From: Candidatus Poribacteria bacterium
GTDB lineage: Bacteria > Poribacteria > WGA-4E > WGA-3G
Direction of reading: 5' to 3'
Assembly (NCBI GenBank): GCA_028820845.1
Contig: JAPPII010000010.1
Coordinates: 15,537-79,536, forward strand
DNA length: 64,000 nt
Shown piece by piece: positions 11,701 through 20,352 of the stretch. The notes beneath the pieces are model-generated. The model was not told the DNA's origin, searched no databases, and saw only the letters and a list, made by a program, of their open reading frames with translations. Position 1 is the first letter of the stretch. Each line of letters starts with the position of its first letter. Both the position numbers and the translations under genes were made by a program.

Positions 11701-14700
11701 ATGGCAGTGGAAATGATGCCCTCAATCGGATTATCTTTGACATGCTTTTTAAACGGAACATCCGACAACTCGGTCCCTTGAGTTTTGATTCAAAAGTCGA
11801 ACTTCTGATGACAGAGGGGACAGGGCAGATTGATGTCATGATGGAGTATACACTTTTCGGAGACCCCGCTTTACAAATTGCTATCGCTGATGGTGAGATT
11901 CTGCCTAATATTGAGACGAAAACAGTTGCGCCGGGTGACACACTCAGAGTCGCTCCCGGATACGTTCAGACTGCCACCTACGACGCATTGGGGCGGGTCA
12001 AACGCTTTGCAAGAAATACCACTTTTAATGGCACACTTACCGTAAAGGCATTATTCCCTGGAAAAACAGTCATCGCACAAGGCATCTCAGGTCCCGTTAA
12101 TTACTATACCGGCGATGTAATTGTGACGAAAACCCTGAGCGTTAGCAACGGTGCCTATCCTGCGGTAACTTTCACTGTTCCACAAAACATTGCCAGCGGT
12201 GATGCGCACGTTGAGTACTACGCACAGAGTCCCACAACAATCGCTGTCGGTGGTGATGGATTTACTGTTAATATTCCAAAAATTCTTGATGTTCAGACGG
12301 AATTAGTCGGTGAGGACAAATTCCGTATCTCTGTTCAGGTTTCTGATGAAAAGGAAGCACTGACTTCAGTACTCTTGAGTTGGCGGAACCCCATAAGCCG
12401 ACAGTGGGAGTATGTGACGCTTACGCCAGCACCAACACCTTTGTCAGCAGAGGGATGGTGGACAGTTCCCGAACCCCTTGATGCCCCAATAGATGGTTCC
12501 GTTATCCGATACGATATTCAAGTCACAGACGCAGATGGTAATACGGTTGAAAGTCAGGCGTTACGATATTATCCCTATGTCCATCCGAATCTTGCTGTTG
12601 TAGAGGTCGCCAGAACCGCTGTTATTCGGTACGGCTACAACACTGAAGCGCAGCAGTGGTCCCTCTCAGCAGACGTTCAGGTAGAGGGGGATGAGATACA
12701 AACGCCTGTTGAAGTCGCCTTCTTTTACGGCAATCCCGATGTTGACGACGATACGATTATTGATGATAGTGCCAATCTCCTTGGAACTGCTCGAATTCAA
12801 CCCGGGGATTGGATACAACGTTCGCCGTTAGCGAATTCCGAAAATCCGCGTGGGGAAAAAGACGTTTATGAACCCGATCCGTTGAATACACTGCCAATCG
12901 CAACCGCCGCCCTTCCACTAACGGCGAACTTTCCATTTGCCGGTGGACAACACGAAAACGTTGATAGGCGCGGGCTACCTCTCGGTACACACGATATATT
13001 TGTTTATGTGGACCCAAACTTTGGTGAAACAGATCAATCCGGTAAGGTTCTCGAAAACGAGGAGGACGACAATATTGCCTACCGACAAATCTCTGTTGAC
13101 ATGGGTGTGATAGGCGGAACCTCTTCAAATCAGATTGCCAGTTTGGATCGGAACTGCGTTGTTACTGCGCCACCGGGTGTACTTCAAAATCCAACTGTGC
13201 TTAGGGTTGCTACGCTACCAGCAGGCAGTGGTCAGCAGTCAGCAAGACAACAGACTTCGCTGACCGATGATCGCTATTCTGTCAAGCCTGTCCCACTACC
13301 TGGGAACGCTTACGGTTATGAATTGGCTATCGGAAGTCAGCAGTCAGTCGTAAACGTTTTTAATTCCGCAGGTGAGTTACCAACAGCTGACAGCCAACAG
13401 CCGACAGCCATTTCTCTGACTTCTCCAATAGCGATTGACTTCAGTTTTGATCTTGGCGCACTCGGGACGCAGCTCGCTAAAGAATTGTTAGGAAGTGCGG
13501 AGGAGGTTACTGACGTATCGGATACAGCCGCCACAATTGGCACTGCAGTTGAGTCCCGGGCACGCGAGATAGGTATTTATCAGTGGAGTTCGACGCTCAG
13601 CAACTGGATCCGGCTTCCCTCTCAATTATTGACTGGCACTGCGGGAACGTTGCAGCGGCGGATACAGACTACCGACATAAGTGCAAAAAATATTGGCGAA
13701 GGTGAACTCCGGGACATTCGCATCCATCCAGACGGCGCGCCAACTGGAAAATACGTCCTGCTTTTCACAGGTCCGCAAACCTATCGACTCCTCCGCGCAC
13801 CCTTCACAGAAGAAGCGCAGACGCTTGAAGAATTAGAAGTTGTTGCACCGAGAGAACAACTTGCAGGCTTTAGTACAGACTTCCCCAATTTTAGACATGG
13901 ATTTGATGTTAATGTTGAAATTGATCCCGAAGAACCTTTCAGGTTCGGCGATGTTTGGACATTTAACATCACTGCTCTTGAACAACCCTTTGATACTGAC
14001 CCGGACACCTCTCCACAACAAGAGCTGCGTTGGTATGCATCGGGATTCGGAGATGTCAACCGAGGCACCGGAATTGTTAGTTCCATTGAACTCCCACCGG
14101 ATACCGCTATGCCAGAAGATCGGTGGATTATCCTTTTCCTCACTGACACAGAATTTCAAATTGAGGGAGAGAAAACGGGTATCCTACGGTCTCAATCCGG
14201 TGAAAATGCCCCACGCCGCGGGACAGTCGGGCAGCCGTTTTTCTACGCGCCTTACGGTTTACATTTCCAGATTACACAAAGCACGCGTTCTTTCAAACCG
14301 GGGGACAGGTTTCGGTTTGAAACCCGACCTGTAGGGACCATTAGAGCCACGACGGATCGGCTCGGAAGTGTCACACTTTTATACACTGACGATGCTGTAC
14401 CACCGGACATACAGTTGACTATTGGGAATCAGCAACATTTTGTGCCAGGAGATGCGACGGACGCTGAACCGCTCATCGGAGCGACCCTAACGGATCCAAG
14501 TGGCATCGACTATCTCACCCGTTCATTTTTGTTGGAGCTTGGCAGCGGGCTCTCGTATGAACCGATCAATCCCGAAGCCTATCAGTTAACCTACCATCCC
14601 GGCTCGAATCAGCTTGTTTTAACATATCTGTCTCCTGAACTCGAACCGCGGGAGTATGAGATTCGACTCACAGCCAGCGATGTACACGGAAACACTGACA

Positions 14701-15026
14701 CAGAGAGCATTACATTCCGAGTTCACGATACTTTGCAGTTGCTATCGTTTCTGAACTATCCGAATCCGTTCCCGCGTAAAACGACGCTTACCTGCGAACT
14801 AACAGCACCTGCTGACTCGTTTGTTGTGAAAATCTACACACTGAGCGGACGACTTATCCGTGAACTTTCGATACCGGCGACCCCTGGGTTCCTTATGGTG
14901 GAGTGGGATGGTAGGGATGCTGATGGTATTGAGGTAGCGAACGGCGTTTACTACGCAAAACTCCAAATTAAGCGAGAGGGTGAAAAAGACATCACCGAAA
15001 TACTTAAAATGATGAAACTTCGTTGA
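8754..15026 (+). CDS. Giant secreted C25 (gingipain-like) cysteine peptidase with T9SS-type C-terminal sorting domain
   Basis: 2090-aa ORF. C25 core (ADYLVVTH...YVVFFGDGTFDF, catalytic-type YAGHGG and LVLSCYNGYF). C-terminal LNYPNPFPRKTTL...IYTLSGRLIREL...WDGRDADGIEVANGVYYAKL sorting domain. Confidence 0.85.
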   Translation: MTQLLSQQTEAAHKPIRTQFRLAIILSLLFFLCIGSATARLTQVTSESGITVQFTLPELTISEVVRDRVRYQEVHYDDSRFTNEPGNPKVPVTRLMLGIPASVEIEAIDISAAPAETRTGIRLVPVSIFDVQERNSQHAATQHWVESGSAYQSTGNASYPGFPLARVVREGYIRSQRVIAVALYPVQYLPRTRQLRLYSHLTVNIRFSSSGQQSAVSSRSRGISGSEVGHNRPTLIAESEAFERALSHQLLNAEQARNFRVPRPVMPAAPALIPDETSDSVRFKLFVEETGVYTVTAEALQQDWGIELVGADPRQLRLTHESRNIPIYISGAGDGRFDPEDAIFFLGHKPKNRYSRWNIYWLTLDNRRRTSARVPQVTVSPTDPTATQVPTFRSKLTFEENYLTNNLEFVYTNTVSPGNKHGWFEALDFWYWDGIKNGSDVGEMRLEFPLYDVAKSFDPLHISVDLQGGTPVSHEILVAINGVRIEFAKWKQQDTLTVQRTLRAWDTLKDNRNGEQNVLSLARVDDNVDEDTTRYPYHVYLNRFSVEYTRLFRAVSDELWFTSPTPDETSQTKPTGGRKLQYEIKAFGDPGVHIFETDGNVLTARMQGVTVETDIENPNSYNALFQMLDTRNAEFVAVSDTALRQPERIEIIGPTDLATANHGADYLVVTHSKFLSAAERLAAWRATPGGGGYRTRVVTTDEIYNTFGGGAVSPKAIKAFLTHAYQSWAPPALSYVVFFGDGTFDFRGVDTEIHLEPPELDGYIPTHYIRTDSFGRTAADHWYATVSGHDEFTDFYIGRLSVETVSQSETVVDKILAYEQSPPSGDWRRKIISVADDEVSNSGDFIFKKSLNEIAKDHTRLGYETIEVFLEDVIDEVEARPADYANILPRYVARERIIKALGEGAVLAQYAGHGGRTVWTHESIFDNADVEEVEETAKIPFMLVLSCYNGYFDKPGEPSMAEKLLRKERGGIIGMLSATRLTYGSGNDALNRIIFDMLFKRNIRQLGPLSFDSKVELLMTEGTGQIDVMMEYTLFGDPALQIAIADGEILPNIETKTVAPGDTLRVAPGYVQTATYDALGRVKRFARNTTFNGTLTVKALFPGKTVIAQGISGPVNYYTGDVIVTKTLSVSNGAYPAVTFTVPQNIASGDAHVEYYAQSPTTIAVGGDGFTVNIPKILDVQTELVGEDKFRISVQVSDEKEALTSVLLSWRNPISRQWEYVTLTPAPTPLSAEGWWTVPEPLDAPIDGSVIRYDIQVTDADGNTVESQALRYYPYVHPNLAVVEVARTAVIRYGYNTEAQQWSLSADVQVEGDEIQTPVEVAFFYGNPDVDDDTIIDDSANLLGTARIQPGDWIQRSPLANSENPRGEKDVYEPDPLNTLPIATAALPLTANFPFAGGQHENVDRRGLPLGTHDIFVYVDPNFGETDQSGKVLENEEDDNIAYRQISVDMGVIGGTSSNQIASLDRNCVVTAPPGVLQNPTVLRVATLPAGSGQQSARQQTSLTDDRYSVKPVPLPGNAYGYELAIGSQQSVVNVFNSAGELPTADSQQPTAISLTSPIAIDFSFDLGALGTQLAKELLGSAEEVTDVSDTAATIGTAVESRAREIGIYQWSSTLSNWIRLPSQLLTGTAGTLQRRIQTTDISAKNIGEGELRDIRIHPDGAPTGKYVLLFTGPQTYRLLRAPFTEEAQTLEELEVVAPREQLAGFSTDFPNFRHGFDVNVEIDPEEPFRFGDVWTFNITALEQPFDTDPDTSPQQELRWYASGFGDVNRGTGIVSSIELPPDTAMPEDRWIILFLTDTEFQIEGEKTGILRSQSGENAPRRGTVGQPFFYAPYGLHFQITQSTRSFKPGDRFRFETRPVGTIRATTDRLGSVTLLYTDDAVPPDIQLTIGNQQHFVPGDATDAEPLIGATLTDPSGIDYLTRSFLLELGSGLSYEPINPEAYQLTYHPGSNQLVLTYLSPELEPREYEIRLTASDVHGNTDTESITFRVHDTLQLLSFLNYPNPFPRKTTLTCELTAPADSFVVKIYTLSGRLIRELSIPATPGFLMVEWDGRDADGIEVANGVYYAKLQIKREGEKDITEILKMMKLR

Positions 15027-15051
15027 GAATAGTTGTCAGTTAAGAGTCTAT

Positions 15052-16071
15052 ATGAAACATTGTAAGAAAAGTATCTTCTACTATATTACGTCTGTAATTA
15101 TGTTCTGCATCGGACTTGCATCCGCAGACGCGAAATACACGGCTGACTTCTTGACGCTGGGTGTCGGTGCCCGAGTTCTTGGAATGGGGGGTGCAGGCAC
15201 TGCACTGAGTGCTGACGCTTACGCCCCGTACTGGAATTCTGCTGGACTTGGACAACTTACCCGATACGAGGTCAGTTTCATGCATTCCACACTCAACGGG
15301 GAAGATGCCTACGATTTCGTCAGTTACATACACCCTCTTAAAAACCGAGGCGCAATCGGTGTGAGCTGGCTGCGCGTCGGTGTTGACGACATTCTGATCA
15401 CTGGTTTGCCAGTTGCCAGCCGTCCTATCGGAGCGACGAACCGACCTGAAGTTATAGGCACTTTCAACAATACGGATAACGCTTTCCTTTTTGCCTCGGG
15501 ATGGCGACTTCCGTCTCTCTACGGTATGAATCTTCGGGTCGGCGGCACGCTCAAACTGCTCTACATGAGCGGCTATCGGAGCACGAACGCCATTGGTGGT
15601 GGTGCGGACATCGGTTTCATTGCGACGACAAACCCAGAAAAGCCGCATCAACTGACGCTTGGTCTACAAGCGAGCGATGCCTTTCAGACGAAGCTTTATT
15701 GGAACACACCGCCGCCGTCAGCAGATCAGACCTCCCATACTGAAACGATACCGCCCCATCTCAAAATTGGCATTGCAACAACACATAGGCTTAGCGTTTT
15801 CCGAAGTGTGCTGATTCTTGCCTTAGATACCTACATCAAAGACGGTGTTGAACTGCACGCAGGTGCGGAATGGACGCTATTTGACCTGCTCGCCTTACGG
15901 ATTGGGCTTGCGGAACGAAGTGGCAGCCTTGAGAGTGTCCGCCAATTGACAGCAGGTGCAGGATTGAACCTCCGATTCGTCACAGGTGCAGGGGCAGGAT
16001 TGGACTATGCGTTTGCGAACCATCCCGCATTAGGCGGTAGCCATCGTATGTCTCTTCGGATACGGTTTTAG
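15052..16071 (+). CDS. PorV/PorQ-family outer-membrane beta-barrel protein
   Basis: Signal peptide followed by FLTLGVGARVLGMGGAGTALSADAYAPYWNSAGLG, the hallmark N-terminal motif of this family. Alternating beta-strand pattern and aromatic C-terminus (RIRF). Confidence 0.7.
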   Translation: MKHCKKSIFYYITSVIMFCIGLASADAKYTADFLTLGVGARVLGMGGAGTALSADAYAPYWNSAGLGQLTRYEVSFMHSTLNGEDAYDFVSYIHPLKNRGAIGVSWLRVGVDDILITGLPVASRPIGATNRPEVIGTFNNTDNAFLFASGWRLPSLYGMNLRVGGTLKLLYMSGYRSTNAIGGGADIGFIATTNPEKPHQLTLGLQASDAFQTKLYWNTPPPSADQTSHTETIPPHLKIGIATTHRLSVFRSVLILALDTYIKDGVELHAGAEWTLFDLLALRIGLAERSGSLESVRQLTAGAGLNLRFVTGAGAGLDYAFANHPALGGSHRMSLRIRF

Positions 16072-16091
16072 GTGAGGCGAAGGAAAAAGTT

Positions 16092-16940
16092 ATGTTTAAG
16101 TATTTTCTATCTACTTTCGTTTTGAGTGTTGTAATGATCTGTAATGTTTATGCACATGGCGGTGGACTTGACGCCGAGGGTTGACATAACGACAACATTA
16201 ATGGCGGTCGCCATTGCCATAAAAACGTCAATCCTGATCTGGTTGAAGATAATCTGGTTGACGATAATCCGGTTGAAGATAATCCCGTTGAAAATAATCC
16301 CGCTGAAGATAATCCCGTTGAAGATAATCCCGTTGAAAATAATCCCGTTGAAAATAATCCCGCTGAAGATAATCCCGTTGAAGATAATCCCGTTGAAAAT
16401 AATCCCGCTGAAGATAATTCACAACCTGTAGTTCCTCAATTAGATCTACGCTCATATTTATGTCACAAGGTTAAAGTTATTGATGTTTATGATGGAGATA
16501 CAATCACCATAGATATAAACAAAAGACATGTTAGAATTAGACTGGCAGGAATAGATGCTCCCGAATTAAACGCCAAAATGGAAAGAGAAAGAAACGCGGC
16601 GATAGAAGGCCGGGATCATTTAGAAAGGCTTATATTGGACAAAGAGGTTATCGTGTTGTTTGAAGAAAGTGATACGACACTTGATGGTATACATCGCGGT
16701 AATTTTGGGCGGCCAATCGCTTACATATTTATATTGGACAATGAAGCACTGCCAAAGGTGAAAACTTTTGTTAATCGAAATATGATAGATAACGGCAAAG
16801 CGATAAGGTCTAAATACAAGATAGATTTTCCTGTGCTATTTACCAAAGATTTTGATTTGTCCGATATACCCGTAAGTGTTTGGCTGAGTGTAAATGCAAC
16901 AAAGCGAGCAACGACAACTTGGGCAGAATTAAAAAGGTGA
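16092..16940 (+). CDS. Secreted staphylococcal-nuclease-like (thermonuclease) protein with N-terminal His/Cys motif. The reading frame is interrupted by one in-frame TGA at 16182-16184 (selenocysteine candidate or pseudogene).
   Basis: The ATG at 16092 is in the same frame as ORF 16578-16940. Signal peptide MFKYFLSTFVLSVVMICNVYA and HGGGLDAEG lie before the TGA. After it the frame stays open for 131 codons with no ATG/GTG/TTG and encodes HNDNINGGRHCH, DNPVE repeats, and the SNase motifs VIDVYDGDTITI and RLAGIDAPE. Confidence 0.7.
16200..16215 (+). other. SECIS-like hairpin candidate downstream of the in-frame TGA
   Basis: AATGGC-GGTC-GCCATT: a 6-bp stem with a GGUC apical loop. The first loop G lies 21 nt after the TGA. 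Confidence 0.3.
16236..16418 (+). repeat. 15-bp tandem repeat (about 11 full units) encoding a (D/N)NP(V/A)E pentapeptide linker
   Basis: gataatcccgttgaa / aataatcccgctgaa units read directly. In frame with the nuclease gene. Confidence 0.95.
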
Positions 16941-17311
16941 TAGACCTCGCCTTACAGGATATTGTGAAATCCAATTTAAATGTGAGTTTGAAAATAAACT
17001 TGTAGGTCGGGTAGAGCGGTAAATACACACGAAAAACCTTATCATTTGGACAAATATGTTGTTTTTCAAGGCGTTTTCTACCTAAATAGTGGTAGCGAAA
17101 CCCGACATCCTACCTTTATCAAACTCGCGTAATTTAACCAATCCCAAAACTACTTATTTCGTAAAAAAAATGACTTTTTCTGCAAGGTTTGCTATACTTT
17201 CACATTAAGTTGTCAAAAGACGCATTTCGCAATTGCTGCGAATGTATCAATTACCCCACACTTTAGTTTGAATTTTTTTGAACGGATTCCTAAATCGGAA
17301 AGGGAGAATGA

Positions 17312-19081
17312 ATGTATAAGAGACTTTTTTGTTTGATATGTGCTTTTGTAGTGTTAACCCTCACATCAACGCAGTACGCAATAGCTGATTATCGTATTAC
17401 AAACGGCAGCGCGACAGAACCGGCATTTGTGGTATACTCCAGATGGTTACCTGCCAATGGAAATTGGCCAGAAGGCTGGCGGACAAATGGGTATTATCGG
17501 ATTGAACCCGGTGGCACTCGAAACTTGTCTATCCCACAAGGGAATGCATGGGTGTATATCTATGTGCAGCGTGGTGGCAGCGAGATTAAACCAACTGACC
17601 ACGCGACAAGAGACAGCGCACCGTTTTGGATACATCCCTCTGAAGCATTTACAGTCGTGGAAACGACCGAGGGGGATTTCCTGAAAAGCAATCGCGGTAG
17701 ATGGAGTTTAGAGACAGCGACTTTGTATGAATACCGGAACGGCGGCTCACACACCATTCCTGATGAACCGCGTCTCCCAGACCTGACTGCACGACAAATC
17801 TACAATCAGGCAATGAATTCTGTAGTGTGGATTTATAATGTGTATGAAGAAGCAGAAGGTAGTGGTGTATTAATTGATCGAGAACGGAAACTCGTCGTTA
17901 CCAACCAACATGTTACAAACCTATCTAATTGGGTCTTTGTCTATTCCCCAGTGCCAGATCCGAATAGCGAGAATGGAGAATTGATTGGTGATAGAGACTA
18001 CTATGTAGAGAATTATGAAGCACTTGAGAGGACTGGTTATGCCACATGGGGAAGAGTGATTGCTGAAAATGCAAACAGAGATTTGGCGATACTTCAACTT
18101 CATTCACTCCCCGGGATAGCGCGCCAAATTAATCACAATTTGGGCGCGGATCTCTCTCGGAAAGTGAGAAGGAAAGATCCCGTTCATATCCTCGGAAACC
18201 CAGGGAAACTTGATCTATGGCGTTGGACGTTAGGACTTTTCCAATCAGACACTGGAGACTGGTTGCACATCGATGCGGATATATTTGGTGGCAACAGCGG
18301 GGGGCCTGTGCTAAACGAGCAGGGTAAGTTAATCGGGATTGTCGCAAGATCGGACGAGCGTACCACAGCCTCTGCAGTTCCAGTAAGATATGTCAAAGTT
18401 TTGTTGGATACAGTGGGTCCAAAACATACATTCAGGATTATAAACGACGCAGGGCTTACTGTCCCTTACCAAATCAAGTGGTCGAGTAACCACAATTGGG
18501 AGCAACAATCTCTTAATCAAGGAGCGAGTTTGTATTATTGGTGGAATGGTGAAACCGTAGCTTCGGGTTATCCTAAAATCCGTTTTGATGAGATCGTTAA
18601 TGATGGCCGGTTTACTGAGCGTATCTATAGGTTGGATACCTTCCTACGGTACTTTGGGAATAACTACAAGAATCACGTTTCTGTTGATGATGCCTATACC
18701 TACACATTTTCTTACAACCAATGGACGAGAAAAATCAATCTTTCTCGTGATACACTCGCAGCCCCATCCTTAGTCAAAGCGATTCCAAAGGAAACAGTCT
18801 TGCTAACCAACTATCCCAACCCGTTCAATCCCGAAACTTGGATACCCTATCAACTTGCCAAACCTGCCGAGGTGACGGTCACCATCTATGCAGCAGATGG
18901 GAAGTTAGTTCGGAGGCTGGCGTTAGGACATCAACCTGCAGGCGTGTATCAGAGCAAAAGCCGTGCGGCGTATTGGGATGGCAAAAATGATGTCGGGGAG
19001 TCTGTGGCGAGTGGTTTGTATTTCTATACTCTGAAAGCAGGTGAATTTACTGCCACGCGGAAGATGCTGATAAGGAAATAG
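17312..19081 (+). CDS. Secreted trypsin-like (S1C-type) serine protease with T9SS-type C-terminal sorting domain
   Basis: Signal peptide. Triad contexts TNQHV, RDLAILQL, GGNSGGPVL. C-terminal LTNYPNPFNPETWIPYQL...IYAADGKLVRRL...WDGKNDVGESVASGLYFYTL. Confidence 0.85.
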   Translation: MYKRLFCLICAFVVLTLTSTQYAIADYRITNGSATEPAFVVYSRWLPANGNWPEGWRTNGYYRIEPGGTRNLSIPQGNAWVYIYVQRGGSEIKPTDHATRDSAPFWIHPSEAFTVVETTEGDFLKSNRGRWSLETATLYEYRNGGSHTIPDEPRLPDLTARQIYNQAMNSVVWIYNVYEEAEGSGVLIDRERKLVVTNQHVTNLSNWVFVYSPVPDPNSENGELIGDRDYYVENYEALERTGYATWGRVIAENANRDLAILQLHSLPGIARQINHNLGADLSRKVRRKDPVHILGNPGKLDLWRWTLGLFQSDTGDWLHIDADIFGGNSGGPVLNEQGKLIGIVARSDERTTASAVPVRYVKVLLDTVGPKHTFRIINDAGLTVPYQIKWSSNHNWEQQSLNQGASLYYWWNGETVASGYPKIRFDEIVNDGRFTERIYRLDTFLRYFGNNYKNHVSVDDAYTYTFSYNQWTRKINLSRDTLAAPSLVKAIPKETVLLTNYPNPFNPETWIPYQLAKPAEVTVTIYAADGKLVRRLALGHQPAGVYQSKSRAAYWDGKNDVGESVASGLYFYTLKAGEFTATRKMLIRK

Positions 19082-19125
19082 TGGTCAGCGGTCAGCAGTC
19101 AGGGCGCTACGCTTTCAGCATTGCT
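19082..19125 (+). repeat. Post-stop word repeat (TGGTCAGCGGTCAGCAGTCAG) plus a GGGCGCTACGC box variant
   Basis: Begins the base after the TAG stop of the S1 protease gene. Confidence 0.8.
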
Positions 19126-19212
19126 CCGCAAGCCCACGCGCGACTTGCGTAAAAGTCAGGGATATAGGAAATCAGTGGCATTTCCGCACAAAAACGTGTA
19201 TAATACCCGTAT

Positions 19213-20319
19213 ATGGCAGACTTCAATGAAATCCTTGCTTTTTTCATGGACTCCCTCGGACAGTTCGCAGATAGAAGTGCGAAATGGCTGTTATCAAACC
19301 GAGAGAACCTTCGTGGGCTCCTGCAAATTATCGGTAAAGACCTTGTTGAGTCGCTTGACTTCAGCAGAATGCGGCGCGTCAATACGACCTTTATCGCCGA
19401 TAACCTGCGCGAACAAGAGTCGGATCTGGTCTTTCTCTTACCCTTCCGAGATACTGATGAAACAGAGGTGATGATCTATATCCTCATTGAACATCAGTCC
19501 ACGGTAGACCCGGTGATGGGTTTTCGGATGTTATCGTATATGTACCACATCTGGGATGACCAACGGCAGCAGTGGGTCGCTGAGGGTGTCCCGAAGAGCC
19601 AATGGCGGTTTCGTCCGATCATCCCTGTTGTATTTTATACAGGCAAAGCAGAATGGCACTCCGTGATTTCAATGGAGGCGTTGATGGATGTGCCGGAGCC
19701 CTTGCGTCGATTTGTTCCGAGGTTTGAGACGTTGTTTCTGGGTATCCAAGGTGAACCTGATGCGAACTTACTGCAGGCTGAGGGACCGTTTGGGTGGCTG
19801 CTGACGGTTCTCAAACGTGCGGACACGCCGGATCGTTCTGTGTTTGTATCGGTGTTAGAGACGTTAGGGGATCATCTGGGGGGTCTGACGGAGTCGGAGC
19901 GTGCTGCGTGGGTGCAAGCGGTCTACTATCTTCACTTACTGGTTTTCTACAAGCGTTCTGTTGGGGAGCGTGCGGATTTAGATCGGGTCGTTGCTGAACA
20001 CCAAAGGACGTTGACCCTTTCTCAAGCGGAGGTAACTCTCATGCAAACGATGGCTGAACACTATTTGCAACAAGGCATAGAACAAGGTATAGAACAAGGT
20101 ATAGAACAAGGTATTGAAGAAGGTATTGAACAAGGGGCGCGTCGGACGAGTATCGAAAGCACACTTGCTATCCTCAACACTCGCTTCCCAGATGCTGACG
20201 TTCAGACCCTCACGCCTGCACTCGAAGCCATTGCGGACCTCAACCGACTTAAGCAACTCAATATCGAGGCATCTGTCGTAGGCTCCTTTCACGCTTTCCA
20301 AGAACAGATAGATGCATAA
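19213..20319 (+). CDS. Rpn-family recombination-promoting nuclease / putative transposase (PD-(D/E)XK) with DUF4351-like tail
   Basis: DLVFLLPF...EVMIYILIEHQSTVDPVMGFRMLSYM core. C-terminal EQGI x5 repeat followed by ARRTSIESTLAILNTRFP. Confidence 0.75.
   Translation: MADFNEILAFFMDSLGQFADRSAKWLLSNRENLRGLLQIIGKDLVESLDFSRMRRVNTTFIADNLREQESDLVFLLPFRDTDETEVMIYILIEHQSTVDPVMGFRMLSYMYHIWDDQRQQWVAEGVPKSQWRFRPIIPVVFYTGKAEWHSVISMEALMDVPEPLRRFVPRFETLFLGIQGEPDANLLQAEGPFGWLLTVLKRADTPDRSVFVSVLETLGDHLGGLTESERAAWVQAVYYLHLLVFYKRSVGERADLDRVVAEHQRTLTLSQAEVTLMQTMAEHYLQQGIEQGIEQGIEQGIEEGIEQGARRTSIESTLAILNTRFPDADVQTLTPALEAIADLNRLKQLNIEASVVGSFHAFQEQIDA
20071..20135 (+). repeat. 12-bp tandem repeat (caaggtatagaa x5) encoding EQGI repeats in the Rpn-like gene
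   Basis: Read directly. Confidence 0.9.
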
Positions 20320-20352
20320 GCCGAAAGAAAAGCGAACTATCAGTTTTGCGGT

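Noticed and set aside
16182-16184. Genome-wide TGA reassignment (code 4 or 25) as the explanation for the in-frame TGA
   Set aside because: Many well-supported genes in the window terminate at TGA at the expected protein end, for example at 15024-15026, 23084-23086, 31565-31567, 34680-34682 and 46801-46803.
16236-16418. Possible CRISPR array
   Set aside because: The units are contiguous 15-bp repeats with no spacers, they lie in frame within a gene, and no cas genes are nearby.
16144-16455. ORFs 16144-16431 (+, IIPLKIIPLK...) and 16228-16455 (-, DYLQRDYFQR...)
   Set aside because: These are wrong-frame and antisense translations of the 15-bp tandem repeat. The frame continuous with the nuclease domain (DNPVE) is the coherent one.
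17001-17115. Inverted similarity gtaggtcggg... / ...cccgacatcctac as a mobile-element boundary
   Set aside because: Only about 10 nt match, imperfectly, and no coding capacity lies between the arms. The support is insufficient.
19213-20319. Rpn-like gene as an intact transposon or insertion sequence
   Set aside because: No terminal inverted repeats or target-site duplication are visible around the gene. The flank is the ordinary post-stop word repeat.
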